Positions 24,375-35,769 of a DNA stretch of 64,000 nt are shown here, one piece after another. The notes beneath the pieces are model-generated. The model did not search any database, had not been told where the DNA came from, and worked only from the letters and a program-made list of their open reading frames with translations. Made by a program: the position numbers and the translations under genes. Where the stretch lies: contig NC_134028.1 in assembly GCF_964204645.1 (NCBI RefSeq), positions 10,478,001 through 10,542,000 of the forward strand, read 5' to 3'. This DNA is from Tubulanus polymorphus. Lineage: Eukaryota > Animalia > Nemertea. How positions within the stretch are numbered: position 1 is the stretch's first letter; every line of letters starts with the position of its first letter.

Positions 24375-27220
24375 TGTACATGCTTTGTTAAATAGTCATG
24401 GTATGTTTTCCAAGTTCATAATTTTGTGGTCGTCAAGGAATCGCTCTAAGAGGACACTGTGACGACGGTCGTCCAGCTGTTACACAAGATATTAGCAGTG
24501 ATGTGAATATGGGCTATTCTAAATGGCTCACTTCACTTGTTGGGCAGCTGAATCCACACATGAAGATGCATTTAACTACATGCAAGAAAAATGCACAGTA
24601 CTGCTCAAAAACCGTACACAATGAGTAACCCACTTGTTTTTGTGAATTTATACAGCAAAGCATAATTGCTCAAGCAAAAGCACAACTGTATGGTCCATTT
24701 TTGGGCTCATGATCGACGAAGTTTCTGACTCTTCAAATTGGGAACAACTCGGCGTTGTTCGCTATGTTCACGAAGGGTTTGCACAAGGCACAAGAACGTC
24801 TTTTGGAATTTGTTGCTTGTGAATAAACCAACGGAGATGCTGTTTCCAACGCACTCATTCAGTGTATCACGTCACAGAAACTGGCCCCGAAATGCTGTCG
24901 ACCGCAGACATACGATGGCGCTGGCAGCATCGCTGGTGCAGAAAAGGCTGCTGCTAATCAATTCCGCGTAAAAACGGAAAGTCCGGAAGCCATATACTAT
25001 CACTGGGCGTCGCATGATTTAAAACTTGTGCTCTCTAAAGCCTGTGATGTTCCTGAATTACATAACATGGTATGTCTGTTGCAGTTTGTCGGTATTTTTT
25101 GACGCCTTATAAAACGTTATGAAACCTAAACAATGTTAATCATTCAGCGTCATATTACAAACGACAACCGTAAATCGATGTGCAAAGTGTCACAGGTCTA
25201 TGTGTACACATGCAAACTATTTGGCAAAATATTATTGACAAAGATGTAGAATGTCTTCCTGTGATTATATAATGAGCTCTATTTGAACGTCGAAATGTTA
25301 TGTTGCATTGAAGACGTATTGTAATTATAGTAATGGATGTATGATTATATCAGAAGCGGCAGGCATAAATCGAAATGATAAGTAAATCGGATTATTCGGT
25401 CGAAATGGCGGAAGTATACACGATTTGGAAGTCTGATATAAAAGTCAGACCCTGACATGGGGATGCTGGTGGAATGACGAAGCTGTCTACGATCTGTGTA
25501 GGGCCGGCGTGAATTTCATCGGCGGCTACAAGCGGTCAATATAAAAACGTGTAAACATAAAATTTCAATATTCAAATGTTTTAGAAAATATGTTCGATGT
25601 TAGGGGTATGCAGGTTTCACGAGATAAGCAATTTATAATAGCATAGCTGTCATATACGGCTCCGCGTCCACTGATGGCATGTGTATTCAATTCTTTATTG
25701 ATCCTTATTACATCGAAATTCCGGGATAAAATTCCCAAATTCAATTAAATTACACATTTTAAAATAAGAAAATACAAAACACACGGGTAATTCATACAGA
25801 ATAACATAGATAAGTTATTTAAATGACAATGTCTACTTCAACCCAGACTCAAGACTAGGATATCGAGTGACAACCAAACCGGGCCGGCTGGCTACACGAT
25901 ATGCTCGAAGTCATGATGAAGCAGACATCAGAAGAGCTCTTTCTTCGACCATGGAGCCAATGAAGTTGCAGACCAGCTTAGAGGCAAAAGTGAATCGTCG
26001 CCGTTGAAAGTCAGTCGCAAGTTGAAAATTTTTTTTAAAATTAGACCAGTCGAAGACCTGTATCATTTACCCAATCGCCAAACCTCGTAATTCCCCAAAT
26101 TTCTTAAAACTTCGATTTCAAATTTGCAATTCCACATTAGCTTATCCCAGAAATTCTACATTTTTTCGCAGGCGTCAAATAATTTATTAAAATTAATTTT
26201 CTTGTTTAAATATTCACTCAAGTGCGCACGTGAACTTGAGAAATGCGTTGAAGAGGTGAATGAAGATCCAACTAGAATGGAAAAAATTGATAAATCAAAA
26301 ATAAAACCAGCACTGTGTGAAAAACGACTTTACGGTATTGTGTGAACCACTAGTGAACTGCTTGGAAAGGATGGATGGAACTAAACGAAAGCAGGAGTTG
26401 GAACCTATAAACTGTGAAAGAAGCTAACCGATTGTATGCTCAGATACAAACTTCTTGATTCATTGCAGCTTTTCAAATATGTCATCACATCTTCGGCAAC
26501 ACGAACATCTTGTCGAAATTGCTCCAAGAACGAAAGATCGACATCGTCCGGGCGAAAGAACACATTGGCCTAGAGTAGTGTTCACAAAGATAGAAGAAAT
26601 GGCAGAGAAACTGGGTGTCACACTCGCAATACCCCGTCGTGGTTCTAAACAGACATTAAGGAATAATGTTGATGGTGAAGCACCAGAAGTTTACTACAGA
26701 CGCGCCCACTTATTTTCGCGCCTTTCGCCTATGTCAAAAATTTAAAAGGGAAAACGGTCTGTTATTCAGACACATTATTTGAATTTTGGGTCTTTAGATT
26801 GTCTCAGAATGAGTCTGAGAAGCAGAAACTTCGAAAATTTCGCGCTTCGGCAGGTAAGGAGATTCACGATCTTTCCTAGAATCCTGGATCCGCCCCTGGT
26901 GCATGCAAAGATTTCAATGAGATTGTTGATTTCCTTAAGTCACTCAATCCTGGGCAAAGGGTCCTTTTCAGCCAAGTGATTAAATTAGTGAAATATTTTC
27001 TAGTTATGCCTGCGACCAATGCAACCAGCGAAAGGTCGTTCAGTGCAATGAGTCGATTGAAAACGTTTCTGCGTACAACTATGACACAGAACAGGCTGAG
27101 CCATCTCATGCTTCTGTACATTCACCATGATTATGTTTACCAATTAAACCATAGACATAGCAAATGAATTTGTAGAGCGTAGGCATGACCATAGAGCATG
27201 AATTTTTGGAAAGTTTGTTG
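24375..27220 (+). pseudogene. hAT transposase relic (ZMYM1/PRKRIR-like), interrupted by insertions at ~25100-26190 and ~26710-26900
   Basis: Fragments FCGRQGIALRGH, KNAQYCSKTV, DEVSDSSNWEQLGVVRYV, QTYDGAGS, YYHWASHDL, PRRGSKQTLRNN...EVYYRR and VMPATNATSERSFSAMSRLKTFLRTTMTQNRLSHLMLLYIH. Confidence 0.85.
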
Positions 27221-28364
27221 CTGAATAAATAAATACATAATACTGAATAAATAAATACATATAAGAAATTCGATGTGTTGCTTTTTCACTTTTTCTATGG
27301 CTTGGCTATGTGGGAGACCATCATTAAATTGGTTGCTGGTTCCTCTGGTCCCTCCAACAGAAGACGGTTTTGGAAGAACCAAGTGTATTTTACAGATATT
27401 TTATGGTTGTTTTGAAGCTGTTCACAGACTGAACCTTAAGTCCAACTGCTAGCCCATAGCGCCTAGAGCTAGTCTAACGATCGGCCAAGTGGAACAGAAT
27501 AGTAAATATTTACCAGCAGTCTCATTCGAATTCTTGAATGATATCTTCGAAAGATTTTGTGGTAAGCCTTTATAATCGGATGGCATGGTTCGAATTTCAG
27601 AATTTGTCATTTATTCATTGTCAATAAGTGCGTAAAAGTTGAACACTGAAAATCAAATTATTAGAGTCGGGTCATAATCCACTGCATTATAATCACATGT
27701 GATCGAAATTCATTCAATTGATGAAGAGATCAATATCTTTTAATCTTCTATAATTTCTCAAAGATAGAATATGGCACTGTACATAAGTATTAAAGTAGTA
27801 ACTACATATCAAAATGCAGGTTTATAGCGGATAAAGTTTTTTTTGTTAGGTGGCAGCACAGTACAGGACCGTGTTGAAAAGGCATTAGCCACTGGAACTT
27901 TTGATTTCGTGACAAACTTTTCGGGATTGTTAGAGAATTTTGATAAACAATTCAGTCAGTGATCGAAATTGAAGAAATTTGATAGACGGTATTTTGTAGC
28001 CAGGTGTCAGTAGAAAAATGTACCATTTACTATAGGGGCCTACATCGTCGGCAAGCGTTGATTCGTCCTCCCGTCGTGAAATTCAAACGATCTGGGATGG
28101 GCTTTTTGTGAAAAAAAAACCGAATGTGAAACTAAACCAGTCAGGTTTAAACTGGTTACTAACGAAATCAAGTTTATCGGCTGATTATTACTGATACACA
28201 CTCGGTGACCGACGCGCCGTGACTAGAGCGCGTGTGAATGCTGAGGCATCGATTCTACGCAGCAGTATGAAGCACGTGTACTCAGCGAGAGTAATTGGAA
28301 AATGAGGGTTTCAGATCAGAGTACGAGAGTACGACAAATCACTCGTCACCACTAGTAATTTTAG

Positions 28365-28678
28365 AAAAGCATTCTTAGCGACAATAAATAACAGAATAAA
28401 ACCAGCAAAAAAAACTTGAAATAAAAAAGTTAGTCGATGTTACAAAAGAAATTGAACATAAAATATTAAAATTAGAAAAGATAAAAACTAAATATGGGGT
28501 TTTAATATCAGCAAATTTAAGTAACTGTAATGTTAGTACAACGCAAGAATTTAAAGTATTTTTACCTGATAAATGGGTTTCGTTGAGTAAAGAGGAATTA
28601 AAAGATTTAGAAGGATTTAAAATAATCTATCATGGAAAAAATGAAGACGGTCATCATGATTTAGAAACTTTTGACTAA
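28365..28678 (+). pseudogene. Small Polinton ORF (~100 aa, homopolymer frameshift near 28410), possible OB-fold/ssDNA-binding-like protein
   Basis: Open frame 28415-28678: LEIKKLVDVTKEIEHKILKLEKIKTKYGVLISANL...FKVFLPDKW...IIYHGK. No start codon is retained. The function is inferred. Confidence 0.5.
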
Positions 28679-28681
28679 ATA

Positions 28682-29945
28682 AACTAGGGGTCCAGGGACA
28701 CCATGCCCACTCGGGAAGTGGTTCCAAATGCTCAACAATCTAACAGTTTCAATATTCAACGCCCCCTGGTGACCATATACAGAATCGAATGACCTTGAAA
28801 CTCACCACAATCATAGAACATGTCAGCAGCTACGATTTTGTAATTGATTGTGATAACAAAATATGCCTCGTTACCACTTTAATATGGAAATACTACGTTA
28901 TTCTACTATTCAACGCCCCCTGGTGACCATATTCAAAACCCAATGACCTTGAAACTCACCACAATCATAAAACATGTCACGAACTATAACTTTGTAATTG
29001 ATCATGGTAACAAAATATGCCTAGGTACCAATATAATAAGGAAATACTAAGTTATTCTACTATTCAACGCCCCCTGGTGACTATATAGAATAACTAATGG
29101 CCTTAAAACTTGCCACAATCATAGATGATGTCATGAGCTACAACTTTGCAATTGATTGTGGTTACAAAATATGCATTGATACGAATATAATATAGAAATA
29201 CTAAGATATTGCATTATTCAACGCCCCCTGGTGGCCATATTCAAAAACCAATGACCTTGAAACTCACCACAATCATAGAACACGTTATGAGCTACAACTT
29301 TTTAAATCATTGAAGTAACAAAATACGCTTAGGTATCAATGTAATGTGGAAAAACCTTTTCCCACTTACGAATGAGTACTTCTGACACCAAGATGGCCGC
29401 CAATTGCGTCATAATTGGCTGATGAAAAATACCTGTCTCAGGTATAAAACATCCCTTTCCAAAGAATACCCATCACAAATTGCAATGAGAAATGATAAAC
29501 CAGTAGGAAGCTACAGGACTCAGAATTTGGGCCAAAATTAACATTTTTGGCCACTAAAAAGGTCATAGGACGGCCATCTTGAGTCCGATCGACCCAATTT
29601 TTGTTATGCTGATGGGCCCTGGGGGAATTCACATATATCCGAAAGATCAAGGTAATTGATCAAAGCGTCTTCAAAATTTCCCTCAAAAAGTTCAAAAATG
29701 TGTAAAAAGTGCTGATTTTGGCGAACAACAATGGCTGCCAGTCGGCCATCTTGAATCTGACAGGGCCAGTTTTTGGGCTGAAGATGTCTCTAGGGTAGAT
29801 ACATGTGTAACCAAAATATAAAGACATTACCTTGAAGCGTCTTCAAACTTCCCAAAATAACTGGATTCCGTCTACGGACGGACGGACGACGGACGAAAAG
29901 TGAACGCAATAGCCCGCTGGGACTAAAGTCCCAAGTGGGCTAAAA
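28682..29945 (-). mobile_element. HINE-A full-length copy (4 x ~154-bp units) inserted in the Polinton
   Basis: 5' TTTTAGCCCACTTGGGACTTTAGTCCCAGCGGGCTA hairpin, (GTCC)n microsatellite, central tandem array, 3' subTIR, hairpin and CTAGTT; no TSD, A/T-tract site. Confidence 0.85.
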
Positions 29946-30164
29946 AAACAAAATAATTAAAAAAATAAATTGATAAATATAAAATAATCAAAATAATAAA
30001 ATTAATTAAATATCAAGAATCCGAAATGACTTATCTGGACAATTTTATTGCTCCTAATAGATAGACAAAAGTAGTGAGATATTTAATTGATATAAACATA
30101 GAAATATTGTTTAATGAATTAAATTTTTCTTTTGCTTTTTTTCTTAAATATTGATCCATTTTTT

Positions 30165-31279
30165 TTATTGTGAAGTATTTCTATTTTTAATAGTAGTAGT
30201 TTCAGAATTATTAACAACACAAATTTTATTTGATTTTTTATACCAACTACATCCAATCAAAATGAATACAATTACAAATCCAGTTGTATAATATAAATAT
30301 TTATAAAATATTCTATTATTAGAAGGAGTAGAAATAACAATATTTTCACCATTATTACTAACATCTTTATTATTTATTTTTTCTTTTATAGCTTTTTTAT
30401 ATTCTTGTGATTTAATTCCTAATTGCCGAGACCATTTAATTTGTTTCTGTGTTCTCGGATTTTTGGTTTACCTTTGTCAGCGATATGATGTTGGCATTGA
30501 GCCAATTCATGTAAAATCGCGGTACGTTTTTTTATGTGAGCATTTGTTTCATTGGTTCTCGGCTTAATACGACGTATAATCGATGCGATTGAAGACATGG
30601 CGAACCTTCGTCGATGACATGGTCAACTGAGTTAAAATTCTACGAAAAACTGTTTTTGGCGGGAAAATTCTTAGCTCTCGCGTATAAAATTGCAATGACC
30701 TCGATTGGGGGCGTCGTCTCTACGAGCGAATGGGATTGGCTGTTTTTGGGATATACGGGGAATTCCGGCGCTACTAAAATAATTATGGGAAAGCTATAGA
30801 ATGGCGTACGTTTTATTGGACTAGGTGCCGTATACGTGCCGATTTCAAATGCTCATTGCTGATGAGGATGTAATTATTTCACTCATCTGCCATAGGTATT
30901 GTTTCATTTTAATACCCGGTGATTGACATTGAGGTGTAAGCGAATATTCACTTACACCTTGGAGTAATCATTTGACAAATGATTACTCCAAGCTTACACT
31001 AGGCCTCCACATGCACGCGGAGTGCTACACCACACACACACACAAGCTCGTACAGTACACTACGGTGATGCTGTAACGCGTGAACGTTTGACTTGAAAAT
31101 AGGCTGAATAATCGTAGCAGAAGATGAGCGCTGTGTTTTCTGTTCGATAGAATTTGTAATAAATAGTTATTTCTTGTGAAAAATTTGTTTTTAGCTCTAG
31201 CTTTCAAGGTAAACCACACTTTGCCCATGGGCAATTTATTCTTCACAGTTAATTCTTTCACCTCTTCCACTTCGCTCAT
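30165..31279 (-). pseudogene. Small Polinton ORF with one predicted transmembrane segment, split by the HINE-B insertion
   Basis: Removing 30462-31238 rejoins MSEVEEVKELTVKNK with NPRTQKQIKWSRQLGIKSQEYKK...YLLYTTGFVIVFILIGCSWYKK...SQ*. Confidence 0.6.
30462..31238 (+). mobile_element. HINE-B complete copy inserted in the Polinton
   Basis: subTIR pair TGGTTTACCTTTG and CAAGGTAAACCA (31205-31216), 3' palindrome TTGCCCATGGGCAA (31221-31234), (CA)n tract; inserted in a T run with no TSD. Confidence 0.75.
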
Positions 31280-32039
31280 TTATTATAGAAAATTTTTTAC
31301 TTTCAATATTTGAAAATGTTATAACTTCAGTTGAAAATAATGTTATAAATCCACCTAATTGAAATGATAAATATCCAATCCATTTATTTAATTCAGTCAC
31401 AACTAAATAATCATTTTTTAAATCGGGATATAATCTATTTTCATCTTCAATTGGTAGCATATAATTACATAAATTACTATAACCTTTTACATTTTTTTAC
31501 ATTCTTTATACATTTTCTGATATCGCATCATTAATTCTAGCTACTCTCGCAGTTTCATAAATCTTAGATAATTTAATAATTTCGTCTGATTTCATTGTAT
31601 TTAATTCATTATAAGTTACATTTTTACTAATAAAACTTTTACAGTTCCCAGATGCTATTAATATTTCTATTAATATTAATGAAGATAATATTCATAATAA
31701 TTATTTGTAGTAATATTATTCAAAGCACCATTATCTGGAGTTAATTTTGTTTCTGTTATTCCTAAATCATTCAAAGTTTTTTTTAATTGGAACATCATTA
31801 TTTTTAGATTTAATTTTCTTTTCACCTCCCATTTATATAAGAAAAGAATTATTTGTGTTGTTGCAACTAGAATTCAACTAGAATGTAACTAAAAATAAAC
31901 TAGATTAACAAGCCAGTTGAAATATTATTGTTTTTATTTATTTCTTGTTGAATTTAATTGATTTTTGTTTCAGCTACCAATAACTAAAATTTAACTAGAA
32001 TGTGACTAAAAATATAATAGATTAACAAGCTAGTTGAAT

Positions 32040-32648
32040 TTAAATAAATTCATATTTAAATGGGTGTTGTAATCGAAATAGTAATTTTGATCTTTTATTA
32101 TTTTTCAATTTATCCATATATTCATTATGTAAATCATGTGGAATAATATCATTTTCCTCAAGTGCATTTTTCATTGATTTTCAATCTTTATTGTAGAATA
32201 ATACTAAGAATCTAATGTTTTCTCTAAAATCTTTCACAATCGAATTATATTTTTGATTTAAAACCCACGTTGTTATCCCAAAATGTCTACCAGAAAAAGC
32301 TAAATAACATAATTCACTTTCTCGTATTTTTGAATCATGTAAATTAGCACAATCATCTATAATGAACAATGTATTTGTTCCTTTATACATATCAATTGCT
32401 ATTTTAATACAATTATCTAAATTTTCTTTAACTTTTTTAGGATCTAATACAATAAATTTATTAGTTCTAGTAATACTTGTATCATAAGTTTGATTAAATT
32501 CATACGTTGGACAAAATAATACTTTATTATCAAAATAGTTTTTATAAACAGTTTCTAATAAATTCAATATAAAATAAGTTTTTCCACAATTTGTTACACC
32601 AGAAATTAACATATTTTGAGGTTCAAATATAAATAATTCCTTATTCAT
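32040..32648 (-). pseudogene. Polinton A32/FtsK-HerA-type DNA-packaging ATPase with one in-frame stop (32181-32183)
   Basis: Walker A GVTNCGKT, Walker B LFIIDD, FSGRHFGITTWVLNQKY. The frame continues past the stop (KSMKNALEENDIIP...FKYEFI*). Confidence 0.9.
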
Positions 32649-32649
32649 T

Positions 32650-32980
32650 TATATATTTTTAATTTTACGTGATAATATCCATTCATTGAATTTATGTGGC
32701 CATCCAACCCATTTTTCTTAAGAATATTTTTTTTTCTTTTAACAGTTTTTGTTTTTAGAACTTTTTCAATTTTATATTCTTGTTCTAGATTTTCAGTAGT
32801 TAAACTTAATTCTTCTTCATAAAAATACCCATCTACTTCTTCACCATCTAAATCTTCTAATTTATAGACATATGGTTTTGTTGTTATTACTTTTTTAAAT
32901 TTTATATATTTCTCCAGTAAAATTACGATCGTATCCTATGTCAAATATCTTTTTATACTTAGAAATTCTAACATTTTGAC
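32650..32980 (-). pseudogene. Polinton retroviral-like integrase C-terminus plus chromodomain remnant
   Basis: VRISKYKKIFDIGYDRNFTGEI...PYVYKLEDLDGEEVDGYFYEEEL...YKIEKVLKTK...KW; frameshifted, and the DDE core is absent. Confidence 0.8.
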
Positions 32981-32995
32981 ATATAATGTTAATTT

Positions 32996-34240
32996 TCATC
33001 TTTTTTTGTAATATAATAAATCTATAACATTTTCATCATCATAATATTCTGTTAAACATAAAGCTTCTAATGTATAATTTTTAATATTTTCACCTTTTGT
33101 ATCTGGTAATTGCATTAATTCGAATACATTTATTTTTGAATTATTAACTTTTTCTATTTTAAGAATCATTTTTACAGTTACTGGATATTGGTCAATTTTA
33201 TATAATGTTTCATATTTCTGATAATCTGTTATTCTACAAACATTTTCCTGAGTTGGGCGTAAACAACTAATAATTGACCATAGAAAAAATTTATTATCTT
33301 CATTTTGAACATTTATTACTGCTTTTGTTGTAAATGGTAATTTAATATTAGATGATGCTTTAATATCCTTTTCTGTTGTAAAGTTTGAATCATTTTTAAA
33401 CATTGTATTACTTTTTGATGCTTTATTCCTAAATCTAAAAATCTAAATCTAAAGATCTAAATCTAAAAATATATTTCATTCAAAGTTAAACCAGAACCCT
33501 CAAAATATCTTTCTTCAATATGACGTTTAAATTCATTAAATATTTTATTTAATTTCTCTTTTATTTGTGTTTTTTAAATTATTTCTTCAGAATGTGTTTG
33601 AATATTATACTCCATTTTTACTTCTGATTTTATAAAACTAACTTTTCCAGAAATACTAATTTTTGGATATTCAACATCTGTCACAAGGTCCATTATTTCT
33701 TCCATTATTTCAATATATTTGCTATAATTCTATTGTTGATCCTTTAAAAAATCTAAATATAATAGCTACCGTTAAAATTTTACTACGTAATGTTTCTAAA
33801 ATTTCAATTGTATCTTTTATTTCTAGTGAATCGATATAATTTTTTCCATATAAGGTTTATTTGTAATAGATTTAGTTTTTGAAGCTGGTTTTTTACTTGT
33901 TGAGGTTTATCATCAAAATATTCTGTTCCTAAAATATTTTTATTTAAATTCTGATGGTGTTTTAGTGATTCGAGATGTCTTTTATAATTCCTTTTTACTA
34001 TAAATTCATTACAAACTTCACTTCGTCTTTTTTCATATCATTTAATCGTTCTTTTCTTTCATTTGAATTTTCTGGAGTTTCAAAATCTATAACATTTTTT
34101 TTATGATTTGCAGTTTTTTCATGATGAGATTTATTAGATTTTTCGATTAGATTTATCGATGTATTTTTTTACAATATGGACAATAATATTGATTTTTATT
34201 TACATCAATTTTTTTCTGTCTGGTACTCACTGTCTCCCAT
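32996..34240 (-). pseudogene. N-terminal region of a Polinton pPolB-associated ORF (Zn finger, GSG and KAVINVQN motifs), degenerate
   Basis: YYCPYCKK...HHEKTANHKK, FEGSGLTL, IKLPFTTKAVINVQNEDNKFFLWSIISCL, KINVF and IDLLY. No exonuclease or polymerase motifs follow. Confidence 0.7.
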
Positions 34241-35266
34241 TTATTAGGAGAAAAAATTACTTGTGGTGATGAGTGATTTGTCGTACTCTCGTACTCTGAT
34301 CTGAAACCCTCATTTTCCAATTACTAGCGAGTACCGTCGGCGTCATCCTAAACATTTAATTTTTGCATATTTATTATCAGGGAGGTCTGGAGAATAGATT
34401 TCTGTAAAATTATATATAGACAAAAAATAATTATGTTTGGATCGTCAGCGTAGAGGCCATTACGGTCATGCTAATTACCAACATAACACATCTTAAAAAC
34501 AAGAGGACTTCGAAGTCCTGAGGTTCGAAGGAGCAAAGTCTGATGTATAAATTATAAATTACATAAAAGAAAGGCAAATTATGAAAAAGAAATTAATATT
34601 CCATTAGAGAAGTTTGCTGAAAAAAATTCAATTTGTTTGCCGTTTGCATTGCGCACGTGGTAATGTTATTGTTTACATCTGACGTCATCGATAAAATGAG
34701 GCACGCAGCTGATCCTGTTTGTCAATCAACATTATTGGTTTACACTAAAAATGCGCTTACTTGAAAAACTATGTTGTGTATCAATCTGGAATTTTCGGCA
34801 CAATATCCGATGCTAAATACCTTGCTTTAAAGGTTTATTTGGTGTAAATTGGATCAAAGATGTTTCAAATATTTTGTTCATACCTTTTGAAGTGGAGGCC
34901 GGTGTCGGTGTCGTTTGTAAGGCTGTAGGTACCGGGTACTGGCGCTTACAGCAGGCGCAGCATTGATATTGTATTCATGCGCGAGTAGAAGTTATGATTT
35001 GTTTAACCGCTGAATCGGCGTCCATTACACATGCTTTCAAAAATGATATTATTTAATATTTATTTAGATATCTTTATCATGATAATTATAATATTCTTAA
35101 GACAAGCGAATTACGTCTGTGGACCTATTTCATCGAGGCGTATCACGCAATCTGCAAAAAAATCTTCCGATCCTGTCACGTGACTTCGTGACTGCAACTT
35201 GACGATAGCTTAGGTTCTCATTCTTCGAACCAATAAAAGTGCAATAGCGCCAAATAGGCCCCTAGC

Positions 35267-35599
35267 CATCCTCGCTTGCCAGGGGTCCAGTATCACTCCC
35301 GAACTCGCTTCCACCAGCCCCCTGGCCTCACGAAGCGTGATTTCATTACTGGCGCTGTTGCGCATGACGTCATATATCGATTTGCGAAATACTTCCTTGT
35401 TCGGTAAAACGTTCGCTGATTGGTCCATTTAACAGGAAAACCAACAGAAGTCTACTGTCGGTTTGTCACAAGCGCTGTGATTGGTACGACCGGATTCTGG
35501 TCGGCTAGTAACGACTCCAACGACTCGTGGGGTCAAGGGGTTCGGGGAACAGCTTTAGTAGCGTAGTGGGTTCGAATCCCTTGTTGACGGGTGAAGATG
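35267..35599. mobile_element. MITE with 9-bp TSD (MULE/Merlin-type TSD length), copy 1
   Basis: GCCCCTAGC|CATCCTCGCTTGCCAGGG...GACGGGTGAAGATG|GCCCCTAGC. Confidence 0.8.
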
Positions 35600-35769
35600 G
35601 CCCCTAGCATGCCTAGTCGAAGTAACAAGAGCCCCAAGGGGCACAATGGCCAGCCTGTCAGATTTGCTTTTTATAAATGATGTAATCTGTGGGTTATATT
35701 TATCAATATACACTCCCTGCTCAATATCATTTACGTAGTAAAATCGTGTGTTAACACAGACAGCAGGAA

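Larger units (their letters stand above)
28290..34325 (-). mobile_element. Polinton/Maverick (adintovirus-like) internally deleted element with intact termini
   Basis: 73-bp TIRs starting AGTAATTGG (28290-28362 and 34253-34325, 2 mismatches); perfect 6-bp TSD AGCGAG (28284-28289 and 34326-34331); very AT-rich interior with ATPase, integrase and pPolB-associated remnants. Confidence 0.9.

Noticed and set aside
35540-35600. tRNA gene or tRNA-derived SINE (GGGTTCGAATCCC)
   Set aside because: Only a T-loop/B-box-like motif; no cloverleaf, acceptor stem or A box; it lies in a TIR element with a 9-bp TSD.
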